A DNA stretch of 64,000 nucleotides from NCBI GenBank assembly GCA_002269645.1, contig NIVC01000924.1:96970-160969 (forward strand), in the 5' to 3' direction. The translations under genes and the position numbers were made by a program. A model generated the notes under the pieces. The model ran no database searches, was not told where the DNA came from, and was given only the letters and a program-made list of their open reading frames with translations. This DNA comes from Macrostomum lignano (Eukaryota). This document shows, piece by piece, positions 51,377 to 64,000 of this stretch (its first letter is position 1; the number at the start of each line of letters is the position of its first letter).

Positions 51377-52129
51377 TAACGCTAAAAAATAACAAGTGAC
51401 GGTTTTATTAGCCGTTGTCGTTAAAAAGTCGCTAGCAGAGAAACAAAGCGGGGAATTAAGTTTGCATATAGGAACAATTTATTTGTTTAAATCGTTTCGC
51501 AAATAAGGCAATTCAACCAGATGAGCAAATGCAATTCTGCCAAAATCTTCATTTAAATTTCTCTGCCCACGTAGCAATGAGCAATGTAAAAATATCTTCC
51601 GCTTTGAAATGACAAAACTATTGCAAATAAAGCTGGACTCTCCTGGCCAACTTCATTAACCTAATAGCTGGTTATTCTCCTTGCTTGGGAATTCTTTTTA
51701 TTCAAAACAGGTGAGGAGCAGGGAAAGAAGGGAGAATCTAGCTAGAGGCAAGAGTGGAGAATAGATGGAGAGAGAGAGAGAGGACATAGTGGAGAGAGAG
51801 AATAAATAAGATGAGAGGGGAGAGGAGATAAAAGAAGACGAACCTTACGAACCGAACCGTACTGCTGTTGTGAAGTTCCCAAGGACCCAACGGCCGGATA
51901 GAGAGGCTTCGCTAGCCGGAGTTTGTCGACCCCCTGTTGTTCAACCTAAAAGCTGCATGCAGAATTTTGACTAAATCGCATGTCTCTGTGACGACAGGGG
52001 GAACTGCACTTTAACTCTTCATCTTGAAATTACGAAATGATCTTTATACAGGAAATACATGTCCGAGCGTACATGAACATTATATTACAATTTAATTCAC
52101 CCAGAGTTATATAAATGAGCCATCTCATC

Positions 52130-53267
52130 GGGAACCAGTTAATTCGGCGACAGGTTGACTCGGCGACAGCCAATTCGGCGACAGGTTGACTCGGCGACAG
52201 CCAATTCGGCGACAGTCAGTTCGGTGTCATTTTGTCATCCATTGCGTTGAGTTTGAGTTTGCATGTTTACTCGGATTTCAAAATCAACATCGTATCGCAT
52301 GTACATTACATGCACAATGAACTGCGTTCCACTCAAAAGCTCATTCACAATCGCTATCAAATGAGCTATCAAATCACACGACTGCTGTATACAAAGTATA
52401 ATGAATAAAGGGAACACAAAGTTAAGTTAGCTTTTAAAATATACAAAGCGAAGATCGAAAGTAAAAATGAGCTACGTATTTTGAGTGTGCGGTCTTTGCC
52501 CGTCTTAGCATGTACATCATTTGGATTCAATCGATTGATTTTTTGTCTATTATGTGGTGATGGATATTAGCTCGTAAATGCGCGACAACTCAGAATGGGT
52601 AGAGTAGAAATTGAATTTGCAATAATTGTAACAAATGGACAGTATGGACCACTGCATTGTATGCAAGAAGACTGTCACCAATGACGCTGCCGCCATTGAC
52701 TGTGATGTATGTCACAAGTGGCAAATAGAATGTAATTCCGGTAAGTATTTGTACATGTACCACTGAAATACCAAAGTAATTTGGTGCTGGTAGAATACAT
52801 GAAATACAGTTAACGTATGGTATACAATGTACATGTACAGTGATACGAGTGTCAGTTCTATTCTGTGTGCAGGCATCTCTAAAATACTCTATACTCGTCT
52901 TAAGTCTGTTGATTCATTCGACTGGAAGTGCAAGAGTGCAAGCAATGCAATCAACGAATACAGGCAGCAAAAAGAGGTAGAAAAAAAGCAGCCCGTGTCA
53001 CAGTCCCAGAAAAGTCTGCTGAGCTACACTGCTCAGCTGATGCTGCTGCTGCCCGTGTCTCTACTGCAGTGCAAGAAGAAATAATTAATGCGTTAAAATG
53101 GTTAAAACAAACCTTTATTTAAATGGCAAGGACAAATGGCAATATGTTAAATTTCGTTTTCTAGTTTCGTAGCTTTCGTAGCATTCGCCGAATTGGCTGT
53201 CGCCGAACTGACTTGTCGCCGAATTGGTTTTCGCCGAATTAGCTTGTCGCCGAATTAACTGGAAGCC
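52130..53267. mobile_element. Non-autonomous TIR element (MULE/hAT-like) with TCGGCGAC subterminal arrays
   Basis: CCAGTTAATTCGGCGACA…TGTCGCCGAATTAACTGG; flanking duplication of (AGCC)ATCTCATC, 8-12 bp. Confidence 0.75.
52635..53084 (+). pseudogene. Decayed two-exon PHD-finger gene fragment inside the element (52635-52740, 52873 onward)
   Basis: CIVCKK…IDCDVCHKWQIECNS|GIS…Y…FDWKC. The conserved His codon is missing and the frame shifts after the WKC. Confidence 0.65.
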
Positions 53268-54862
53268 ATCTCATCAGTGTCCTCAGCTGCCCTACCGGCG
53301 AGGACAGGTGCAGGCTGATGTCGCGGCTCCGAGGTCGAGGCGGCACCCTGTGGACTCTGATGTATTTGTGAACTATAACAGCGTTTTTTTTGTTGCTGTC
53401 ATTTGTAACATGTACTACAGTAAAAGCGAATAGTTTCAGTTAGTACTATTCCTGTGAGAATAATTCAATTGCTGCCTGATCGCCACCTTCCATCACCTCT
53501 GCTGCTGTCGCCGCCGCTGGCGGTGGTATATTTAGTATAAAGGATGTGTAGTTTATCCACTACTTCTGTCTCTACAACAACAAAGAATGGAACACAAAAA
53601 ACCGGTTTTAAATGCCTGGGGGTAATTTTTTTGGTAGCCAAAAGCCTACTGCCAAGCCAGGCCAGTAGTGGAAAGGTCGGTGCATGCATGGAGTCTCATA
53701 TCAAACTGATGCGCGAGTCGAGTACGAGCTTATATTTAACTTTTCAAATTAAAGAGAGAGAGAATTCATGAAAGCTGGTCTTCGCTTGCGTTCTATTTAC
53801 TGTCCTCGCCTTCTATAGGGCAAGGGGGTAGCAGTGATGCGGTTCGATCGCACGTACGTATCAAAGCTGCCACGCAGCGGGCCTGTGCCGCACTTTTAAT
53901 GCGCGACCAACACGAGAGTCGATCATTTGTGCAGGCCGCGTGGCCTAAACAGCGTTGAACGCTGAGATAGACTGCAGATTTCAATATAGAAACGATCACT
54001 GTACTAGTTCAATAAAAAGATGATCGAAAGACTGGTAAAGTTTGCATGTCCAGAAATCTTACAGTGCATTCTTCGCGCAAACCAAATTCTCAAAATTAAT
54101 GATGTTAATTCAATTTCTATCCCTCGCCCAGTTGCATCAAGGACTATACTCAAGTAAGACTGGAAACTACGTTTCTTGGAAAATTTTAGGAAGCAGGGTT
54201 TTTTCCGAAAAAATACACTACGGAGACACGGATACACTATGGAAGTTTTCTTTTCAGCACAAAAATTGTTATTGTTTTCGATTTTCGATAGGAGGCAGAC
54301 CCACGGCACATGTTTATCTTTCGATATGTTTTGCCTTTTTTCGAACACAATCAGTCTTCTGTATGGTATTTTTTGTACTGAGCTTTTTTGAATAGTTAAT
54401 ACCAATGAAAATAAATACCCTCAGAACGTTTCTTAAGTGATGCTTTTGTTTTAATCTCTGAACGTGTAATCTCAGTCAATCCTTGCCGCACTTTTTTAAA
54501 TGAAGACCTGCTTGAATTGCGAACTATTGCGGCCTTTAACCGTAAGGCAAGATGCTTTGAGCCTGACCAGAGTAATAATGTTTGAATAAATATTGTACGT
54601 GTCTCCCTAAGTAAGGATACGCAAGACTATATTGAAGAATAAAAGCTTATATGATATTCTATATACAAAATGTAGTAGTAATTAGGCCCACTAGCTAGTA
54701 CTACTATTACTATTACTAGTACTATGCCAAAAGTCATATAATAGCCCCTAATTTTTCGGCATCTACAAAATATCTAACATAGGAATCGTAGCATAACTGT
54801 AAAAACAAAAAAGGCACATTCTTTGACTGTATGCAGGAGTCTAATTACTGATAATAGTGATT

Positions 54863-54976
54863 GGCTATCCTGTAGTAGTTTCGCACGTTAAATTATTTTA
54901 CGGAATTATTTTGCCCTCTATTCAAGGGTGGTGGGGGTGGGGGTAATAATTTAACGTGCGAAACTACAGGATAGCC
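54863..54976. repeat. Small hairpin/MITE-like inverted repeat
   Basis: GGCTATCCTGTAG(TAG)TTTCGCACGTTAAATTATT…AATAATTTAACGTGCGAAACTACAGGATAGCC. Confidence 0.8.
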
Positions 54977-55029
54977 TAGTGATTTAATTGCAGTGATTTT
55001 TCACCTTTTAAACTTTGTCTGACTGGGAA

Positions 55030-56110
55030 TATTCCAACCATTGTGATTGTTCCAACATGTAATGCAGTTAAATAGTTCTTTTCAGCACTGGACAAACAAC
55101 AAGATATGAATATTACTGGGTAACCATCTTGTGTGACAACACTGGCAAGTGCACCTTTGGAGGTATCAGTTGTGAGCAATAACTCCTTTTCTAGCAAATA
55201 TGGTTGGACCACGGGTGCTGACAAGATTTCCTTTTTTAATGCTATAAAAGCTTTATCACACTTGGCTAACTAAAAAAATATAGAGTCATCACACTAAAGG
55301 TTATGCAGGCATTTTGTTTTGCTAGCAAGTTTGAAACCAGCCAGCCAAAGAAATTAGCTAGATTGAGAAATTGCTTCAGTTCCTTGTGGTTTGAAGGCGT
55401 AGCTATGTCCAAGATCTTGACAAGTTTATTGTCCAGTCAAATTCTAAAAGCTGAGAAGCAGAGTCTCAAAAACCTAGAAATGATATTTCGTCACACTCCA
55501 TAATGCATTATTTATCCTTGTTGATAACTTGACATTCTTTTTGCGCAATCTCATCTTCATGGCATGTAGCCATTTGCTAAATGAAGATAAGTTCTTGGCA
55601 AAAATAAGCACATTGTCTTGGTAAATGAGCATGCCCTTAAGGTCATAAAGGATGTTTTCTATTGCTTATTAGAAAATGAAGGATGAATTTTTCATGCCTA
55701 TTTGAAAGCTGTTGACTTGAAACAAGCCCTTTGATACATTGATAGGTCCTGAGTATTCTTGTCAAGTTTGATTTGCCAGTAAGCAAATCGCAAATTGATA
55801 GCAGATAGAGGCAAATTTCTTTGCATTCTTTAGTTTTGAAAATAGCCTAGGCACTCAACATTTGGGATAGGCCTAGGGTACACATTAGGTTTTATCTGGG
55901 CATTGACATGGATGCTGTAGTCAAGGCACATTCTGAGTGACCTATCCTTTTTCTTTACCCAAACAATAGGCAATGTGTTACTTACAGGGCCCTCAATAGG
56001 TTCAATGATGCCTAGAGCTTGCAATCTTTCCAGCTTATAATTTACTGCAGTCTCCATACCAATGGGAACTGGGCAGGCCTGGCAGAATCTGGGCTGAGTA
56101 CTATCAACTA
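55030..56110 (-). mobile_element. Gypsy LTR-retrotransposon pol remnant (RT and RNase H)
   Basis: LERLQALGIIEPI…PIVWVKKKDRSLRMCLDY (RT start); degenerate YQQG* at the YQDD position; LTTDTSKGALASVVTQDGYPVIFIS..LSSAEKNY (RNase H). Confidence 0.88.
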
Positions 56111-56271
56111 GTAGCATAGTTGCCTTCACACCCTTGATTGTAAGTAGACATGTCGGTGGTGGCATTGGTGCTAGATTGGGCTGACACACTGTAGAGGTAC
56201 AATGCAGTGCATTTGGAGCTTTCATATTGTCATATCATACTTCATATGTCTATCATATTCTATTTATTTAT

Positions 56272-56456
56272 AGGATCTAGAGTATCATATCAATAAATTA
56301 ATAGAAGGTGCAGCAGTTGGAAGTCTTAGTATATTACAAGTAAGGCCAAGATATTGATATTGAGATTTAGGTCAAGATATCTTGGCCTTACTTGTAGTAC
56401 ACTAAAACTTCCAACTGCATCTTCTATTACTTTATTGATATGATATTCTAGATCCT
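56272..56456. mobile_element. Palindromic MITE-like element (~80-bp arms)
   Basis: AGGATCTAGAGTATCATATCAATAA…AAGTAAGGCCAAGATAT is inverted as ATATCTTGGCCTTACTT…TTATTGATATGATATTCTAGATCCT. Confidence 0.8.
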
Positions 56457-56489
56457 GCAAAAATATATAGGCCACTATCCTTCCTATAT

Positions 56490-58054
56490 ACTAGAAATCC
56501 TATATACTAGTGAGTTGTCTGTATCTATCTATCTAGCTATGTGATAGATTTCAGAAAAATTGGCTCAACCAATTTTCTTCAAGCTTTTACCATTCGATCA
56601 GAAATTTTTCTAGGATGGTACATGCATCTTGGCTAAGAAATTACTCAATGTTAAAGGGATTAAATATTCGAAAAACATGCTTTTTTGCAAAGGTCAAGCA
56701 AAATTTTCGACTTGAAATTCATTGTAAGAATGCTAAAGAAAAAACTGACTGGCTGAATTTCAATTCTGATAAAGATTGCATCATAACAAGGTGAAAACAG
56801 TGCCAGAGAAACGCATACAAGACTTGATTAAAATTGCGTAACCATATTGCTAACTTAAATTAAGACTGATACTGGCTGACTGAGAAATTGATTATGTCAT
56901 AAATTTTTACTCTAACTGACTTGCTATAAGTATTGAATTATAAGGGCCACAATTCATGTGCTCCAATTGAAAAAAGATAGCCTAGATGTAAACAGACTGG
57001 ACTGCTAATGTAGCAACCTGGGTTTGAATCTTGGTAGCGCAAAATGATTTTTTTATTAAAACACCTTAAAAACAAAAAACTGCTAAACATAAAAGAAGCG
57101 CAATGTCAAACATAAAAGAGCCACCATTTCGAACATAAAAGAGTTACCATTAAGAACATTAAAGAGCCACCATGTCGAAACATTAAAGAGCCACCATGTC
57201 AAACATTAAAGAGCCACAATGTCAAACATTAAAGAGCCACCATGTCAAACATTAAAGAGCCACCATGTCAAACATAAAAGAGCCACCTTTTTGAACATTA
57301 AAGAGCCACCATTTCGAACATTAAAGAGCCACCATGTCAAACATAATAGAGCCACCATGTCAAATATTAAAAAGCCACTTTGTCAAACATAGAAGAGCCC
57401 CCATGTCAAACATAGAAGAGCCCCCATGTCAAACATAGAAGAGCCCCCATGTCAAACATAGAAGAGCCACCATGTCAGACATTGAAAAGCCACCGTATCA
57501 AACATAAAAAAGTTACCATGTACAAGCGTAGAACATAAAAGAGCCACCCTGTTAAACATAAAAGATATACAATTTCAAACGTAAAAGTAAGCGAATTTTA
57601 AAGGAGCCGCTATAATGCTAAGGAAATTGTTGCACTAGCTACTTATTGTCTGGTGGATGCTTGCTACTTGGGTGATGCTTGCTATCTGGGGGATGCTTGC
57701 TATCTGGGGGATGCTTGCTATCTGGGGGATGCTTGCTATCTTGGGGATGCTTGCTATCTGGGGGATGCTTGCTATCTGGGGGATGCTTGCTATCTAGGGA
57801 ATGCTTGCTATCTGGGGATGCTTGCTATCTTAGGGATGCTTGCTATCTGGGGGATGCTTGCGGTCTTGGGATGATTTCTTTTTGCAATGCACTTCATTTG
57901 AGCAGTTTGTCTGTTGTCTTTGTCAAGGATTTTTGGCTATCTTTGTCAAGGATTTTTGGCTGTCTTTGTCAAGGATTTTTGGCTGTCTTTTTGTTACTTG
58001 TAGAGAACAGAGATTCTATCTAGATGTCCCCCATCGGGGGGTGAAGATTGCTAG
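56490..58054 (+). mobile_element. Non-autonomous Helitron-like element 1 with internal 22-, 18- and ~21-bp minisatellites
   Basis: 5' block shared with 58117 onward; 3' hairpin CCCCCATCGGGGGG then GATTGCTAG|T. The 5' boundary is approximate. Confidence 0.6.
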
Positions 58055-58116
58055 TATATACTAGAAATGATACTCTACTAGATATAACTAGATATACTTA
58101 TATATATATATCATAT

Positions 58117-61101
58117 TCTATATATATATCCAATATACTAAAAATGGTCTGTCTGTGTCTATCTATCTATCTATGTGATCGATTAGAGAAAAAATGGCTG
58201 GACGGATTTTGTTCGAACTTGCACTGTTCGATCAGAAATTTTCCCGTGACTGTACATGCATCGTGGCTAAGAAATTGCTCGATGCTAAAGGCATTAAATA
58301 TTCGAAAAACATGCTTTTTTGCAAAGGTCAAGCAAACTTTTCGACTTGAAATGCATTGTAAGAATGCTAGAGAAAAAACTGACTGGTTGAATTCTGATTC
58401 TGAAATAGATTGCATCATAACTGAATTGTAACTCCGACTTGAATTGAAAATGCAGTTTGGAAGCGTAGCACCAGACTTGATTTAAATTGCGTAACCATGC
58501 ATATTGTTAACTGATACTGACTGACTGAGAAATTGATTATGTCATAACTGCTTTGTGTGATTTACTCTATGCTTGGATTTTAAAGTGTTGAATTATATAA
58601 GTGCAAAATTTGATGAGAGCTAGCCTAGAGGTGAACAAACTGAACTGCTAAATGCAGCGACGATGGTTCGAATTTTCATAGAGTATAATTTTTTTATTAA
58701 AGCTTTTCAACGTCAGGAAAACTAAAAGACTTTTTAAAAAGAAGCGTCATGTAAAAAATCATAGAAGCGTCATATAAAAAATCATAGAAGCGTCATGTAA
58801 AAATCATAGAAGCGTCATGTAAAAAATCATAGAAGCGTCATATAAAAAATCATAGAAGCGTCATTTAAAAAATCATAGAAACGTCATGTAAAAATCATAG
58901 AAGCGTCATGTAAAGAATCATAGAAGCGTCATGTAAAAAATCGTAAAAACGTCATATAAAAATCATAGAAGCGTCATGTAAACAATCATAGAAACGTCAT
59001 GTAAACAATGATAGAAGCGTCATGTAAACAATCATAGAAGCGTCATGTAAAGAATCGTAGAAGCGTCATGTAAAAAATCATAGAAGCGTCATGTAAAAAA
59101 TCGTAGAAGCGTCATATAAAAATCATAGAAGCGTCATTTAAAAAATCATAGAAGCATCATGTAAAAAATCATAGAAGCGTCATGTAAAGAATCGTAGAAG
59201 CGTCATGTAAAAAATCATAGAAGCGTCATGTAAACAATCATAGAAGCGTCATGTAAAAAAGTCATAGAAGCGTCATGTAAACAATCGTAGAAGCGTCATA
59301 TAAAAAATCATAGAAGCGTCATGTAAAAAATCGTAAAAGCGTCATATAAAAATCATAGAAGCGTCATGTAAACAATCATAGAAGCGTCATGTAAAAAATC
59401 ATACAAGCGTCATGTAAACAATCATAGAAGCGTCATGTAAACAATCATAGAAGCGTCATGTAAAGAATCGTAGAAGCGTCATGTAAAGAATCGTAGAAGC
59501 GTCATGTAAAGAATCGTAGAAGCGTCATGTAAAAAATCATAGAAGTGTCATGTAAAAAAGTCATAGAAGCGTCATATAAAAATCATAGAAGCGTCATTTA
59601 AAAAATCATAAGAGCGTCATGTAAAAAATCATAGAAGTGTCATGTAAAGAATCGTAGAAGCGTCATATAAAAATCATAGAAGCGTCATGTAAACAATCGT
59701 AGAAGCGTCATGTAAACAATCGTAGAAGCGTCATATAAAAATCATAGAAGCGTCATGTAAACAATCATAGAAGCGTCATGTAAAAAATCATAGAAGCGTC
59801 ATGTAAAAAAGTCATAGAAGCGTCATGTAAACAATCGTAGAAGCGTCATATAAAAATCATAGAAGCGTCATTTAAAAAACCATAGAAGCGTCATGTAAAC
59901 AATCATAGAAGCGTCATGTAAACAATCATAGAAGCGTCATGTAAACAATCATAGAAGCGTCATGTAGAAATCCAAAGAAGCGTCATGTCAGACATTGAAG
60001 GTGTCATGTAAAAATTGAATGAAGCTATAGTACAGTGCTGTGCTGGGGAGAATTACTGAGACGTCAAGGCTCACAGAGAATAACTGAGATTACAGGTGGG
60101 GGGGGTTTCTGAGATGTCAAAGCAAAAGTCAGAAGCTACTTCAAAGTTCATGTACTTTACTCAATTTTTTATTGCATTCTTTGTTGGCTCGCCACGGGGG
60201 GTGCTGATAGAAGCAGAGTCATGTAAAAAATAAAAGTAGCACTACGTATACATAAAAGAAAAGTCATGTCGAAGTTAAAATATTCATTTGGGAATTGCTA
60301 CAATGTCAAAGCTTGGTGGAAATCGTTATAGTGCTTGATTCTTAAAGAAGGAATCACTAAAATGTCAAGGCTTAGGGGAGAAGAATTGCTGAGATTTCAA
60401 GGCTTTAGGTTGGGTTAAAGTTAGGTTTAGGTCAGGTGTGGGTTGAGGGTTATATTTTATCGGGTTTCAAGGTTAACAGAATAACAGGGGATTTTTTAGA
60501 TTTCAAGGTTTATGGGGGCCATCGCTGACATGTTAAGGCTTACGGGGGGAATAGCTGAGATGTCAAGGCTCACGGGGTATAAATGAGATTTCAAGGCTAA
60601 AGTCAGAAGCTACATGTAGTTTATTGAAAACTTTTTATTACATTATTTGATGCCTCCTCAGGGGAGGGATTGCTGATAGAAAAAGCGTAATGTAAAAAAT
60701 AAAAGAAGCTTCATGTCGAAGTTAAGAGATTCATTTGGGAATCCCTACGATGTCGAGGCTTGCAGGGAATCGCTATAATGCTGTAGTAGTGCTATAATGA
60801 CTCAGAATTACTGAAATTTCAATGTTTTAGGGTAAGGTTAGGGTTAGGGTTAGGGTTAGGCTAGGGTTAGGGTTAGAAGGTTAACAGATATTTTTAGATT
60901 TCCAAGGCTTATTGGGAGCATTGCTGAGATGTCAAGGGGGGAAGTTGATATGTTAAAGCTTGTGGGGGGGGGGAATTACTGACATGTCCAGGCTTACAAG
61001 GTTTGACAAGAGATTTTTTAAGATTTCAAGGATACATGTAGCTTATTAAAAAAACGTGTATTGCATTTCTTTGGCTCCCCAACGGGGGCGTAGATTGCTA
61101 G
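58117..61101 (+). mobile_element. Non-autonomous Helitron-like element 2 with a ~1.25-kb 21-22-bp minisatellite (GAAGCGTCATGTAAAAAATCATA; 58738-59990)
   Basis: 5' TCTATATATATA…GTCTGTCTG…ATGGCTGGACGGATTT; 3' CCCCAACGGGGG then GATTGCTAG|T. Confidence 0.65.
60827..60876 (+). repeat. Short interstitial (TTAGGG)n tract inside Helitron-like element 2
   Basis: About 8 imperfect hexamers. Confidence 0.85.
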
Positions 61102-61108
61102 TATATAA

Positions 61109-61518
61109 TAAAAAATATAATTAAAAGCAAAATACCCTGTCCTTAGTCTAGACTTGGAAATCTAGAAATTTTCTATAATTGTACCTATATGGCATATGGG
61201 GAGTCTAATGATTTTATTCTGGTCTAGATAGCCTTAGTATATATATAAATATTATATTATATTATATTATAGATATTGATATATAAATATATCTGCTAAT
61301 ATAAATATTAGCCGATTTTTTTAATTTTTAATTTTTTAATTTTTTTAATTTTTTAAATTATAAATATATTTGCTAGGCCTAATATATATATACTAAGGCT
61401 ATCTAGACCAGAATAAAATCATTAGACTCCCTATATGCCATATGGGTACAATTACAGAAAATTTCTAGATTTCCAAGTTTAGACTATGGACAGGCTATTT
61501 TGCTTTTAATTATTTTTT
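61109..61518. mobile_element. MITE with ~130-bp terminal inverted repeats
   Basis: TTAAAAGCAAAATA…CTGGTCTAGATAGCCTTAGTATATA is inverted at 61381-61518. Confidence 0.85.
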
Positions 61519-63187
61519 GATAATTAGGCCCCTATCTCATAGACTTTTGGCCATAATAAAAATCATCAGTTAAGCATCAGTATAACAATTCGTGGATGAC
61601 TTTTTCATCCAAAGTTAAAGAGTTGTTTGCAAAAAATTTTTGGCGACTCTTTTTCATATCATCATTTTCAATAGGTTAAGATTGACATGAGCTACATATA
61701 TTTATAGATACCATTGACATCTAGAATGGACTTTGGAAGACACATTTTCATGGAAATAATGGTCAATCATTTGCATACTTCTTATAGTAGGAAGTCAAGA
61801 ATCTTACTAAAGATTGTATACAAGTACTACTTTGATATGAAAGTAATAAAGATATTGTTAATGGAAAGTATACCATGACAAAGCCAAAGAATAATACTCT
61901 TGCGATTTTTTTCCTTATCTCTTTTGTCTTAATCCCCAGATATCTAGAGATATCTGAATCTAAAAATCTATTTATAGATTTTTGTTTGTTACCACAATAT
62001 TTTATGATATTTTTTGTAACTGCATATATACATACAAAAATATCATAAAATATTGTGGTAACAAAAATCTGTAAAATAACACTTTAAACACTAAAATCTA
62101 TTATGAAATAAAAAAGTTATAGACATTTTACTGCAAAAAACTTGCTTTTTGCCCAAAAATGGCACAGTTTTTAGTGTATTTGAGATAGGGAACAAACACC
62201 ATTTTTTTGAAACAAAAAACTTTATAACTTTATTACTTGATTTTTCAAAAGTTTGGTGTCATTTCACTCATAAAATACAGGGCTACAACATGACATAGTT
62301 TAAATTTGGAATTCAAAAACATTTTTTTTCTCACTTGACCCCCTATTCCTATGTAGCCTATATCTCTACATATAAAAATCAAAACTGTCTGTCTGTGTGT
62401 GAACAATTTTGATTGCTTTGGACTCCCAAACCACTCAGCCAAACTACACCAAACAGTGGCGGCGCAGGACCTCCAGCTGGGGGGGGGGTGGTGTTGGGTG
62501 GTCACCCCCCGGCTGGGTGGTCACCCCCAGAAAAAATTATCAAAAAATTATCATTAAAGTTGATCTAAAATCCTTAACTCTTCAATAATTAAATGTAATT
62601 ATGTAAATACTTTCAAGCACATAGTAAAAATACTTTACAGACAATCAAATACCTTCAGTCTTCAGATGACCCAATGATTGTCCTACAGGTTCCATCGTAT
62701 GATCTTCATGCCCTCAGTTGAGGCGGTTCTATGGGCCATGGCCAGTGCTGGGCAAGTTAATCAATTTTTTTAACTCGTTAAAAGTTAAAAAGTTAATTTA
62801 ATTGCTCCAAAAAAATTAACTGTAACTAGTTAATTATTTAACTTTTGCCCAAAATTTAACTTCTGAAAAGTTAAAAGTTAAAGTTAATAATTCCCTAACA
62901 GTAAAAGTGACATTTTCCTGGACATGTGTTCACTGTGTTTTTTAAATTTCAGGTCGGCGCGGCGCGGCTGTGGCCAGGTCGCGGCGCCCTGGGGAGCTTG
63001 TCAGGGAATACTCCCCTGGGAATTAGACCGGGGACCCTGGGGAGAAAAAAAGCATTTTTAACTAAATTTTTGCCATTTAAATAAGAAAATCATTCACAGA
63101 AAGCTGATTGAAACTCTGTCTATGCTTTTTTTACCACAAAACTGCTTATTTCAATGTATTATTTCAAACACAACACACGTTTGAATG

Positions 63188-63360
63188 GGGGGGGGGGGGT
63201 TCAGAAGACTGAAATTTCACAACGCCGAAACACCATACTTCACAAGACCGAAACTTCATAAGACCAAAATTTCACATTGTAGAAAACTTTACAATAAGGA
63301 TTGTATTGCATGTAGAATTTTCGGCGTTGTGAAATTTCGGTCTTATGAAATTAGCGACCC
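63188..63360. mobile_element. Small MITE
   Basis: TCAGAAGACTGAAATTTCACAACGCCGAAA…TTTCGGCGTTGTGAAATTTCGGTCTTATGA; TTGAATG on both flanks. Confidence 0.55.
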
Positions 63361-63414
63361 GTTGAATGTTTTTTTTCACTATGAGTCTTTATACAAATAA
63401 AAACAAAGTTTTTT

Positions 63415-64000
63415 ATACAAATCTTAATAATAGGCCTGGCTTTCTTTCTAAATGGTCGAATACGAATGACAGTTACACTTTGAAAGCCAGGCAGTAAAAC
63501 TTCGATTGACTTTTAGAAGATCTGTATATCAAAAAGTCTCCGTGCATTTCAAAAGCTCAAATGCCCACCTCAACTCTCAGGTCTCTCGTTCCTCACCTAC
63601 TTTGGGCAATGTCCTACCTCATCGAAGATAGCGAGCCAAGAGCCAGCCTCCTACTCAGGGAAGATGTGCTTCATCATTTGCGACGCTGTTTAACAAGCGG
63701 AGACGACAACGAGTTAATACCTGCTCTGCGAGTGTTTGGCATTTCGCCTCGTCCATGACTCTGCTGCCAACTGCGTGCTGGCAGACAATCTGCTAGCCAA
63801 GATGAGACCTCTGCTTGACCATTCGGACGCCAAGGTTCGCCTGCAGGTGCTGTTCTTCACCAGCATCGCGTCGGACGGACCGGACACCTTCCTGGACCAG
63901 ATCGCCGATGCTGGTTTCCTGCCTCGCGTTGGCCAAATTCTATTAGAAGCTGACGAGCGCGAGAAACGCGAAGCCTTCTGGATTGTACCGAACTTTGTCA
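63415..64000 (+). pseudogene. Near-identical duplicate of importin-alpha intron 1 end and exon 2 (copy of 49025-49612) with two 1-nt deletions
   Basis: Offset 14390 bp; single A missing at ~63741 and ~63770, giving a stop at 63758. Runs to the window end. Confidence 0.9.

Noticed and set aside
51840-51950. HDV-like ribozyme or LINE 5' end in a GC-rich patch
   Set aside because: The P3/L3 candidate has a 9-nt non-consensus loop and no P1/P2 pairing could be established.
60827-60876. Chromosome-end or fusion relic
   Set aside because: Only about 8 imperfect units, embedded in a mobile element.

Overview
Eukaryotic (metazoan) genomic DNA: GC-richer spliced genes sit in AT-rich, microsatellite- and transposon-rich DNA. 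The style suggests a free-living flatworm such as Macrostomum, but that is only a guess. Host genes that can be supported: the 5' three exons of an R7-family RGS gene (minus strand, runs off the window start), a complete 4-exon 14-3-3 gene (minus), a head-to-head 3-exon CCDC153/DRC12 gene (plus), a secreted C-type lectin, a SelW/MIEN1 (Rdx)-like ORF lacking the CxxU/C motif, a 64-aa prepropeptide predicted to yield an amidated cationic decapeptide, and a divergent importin-alpha with no IBB domain and a long repeat tail (its exon 2 region is duplicated at the window end). Mobile DNA includes a 3.1-kb CCC-ended TIR element carrying a spliced orphan ORF, a hAT MITE with an 8-bp TSD in the 14-3-3 3' UTR, a decayed hAT transposase, a Ngaro/DIRS gag-pol fragment with a candidate -1 frameshift site, an open Crypton-type tyrosine recombinase ORF between two hairpins, a Gypsy remnant, two tandem Helitron-like elements that grew different minisatellites, a tRNA-derived SINE and several MITEs. 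A dispersed repeat carries the 28S rRNA segment targeted by R2 and homing endonucleases, in two copies. All calls are from reading the sequence by eye; no searches were run.
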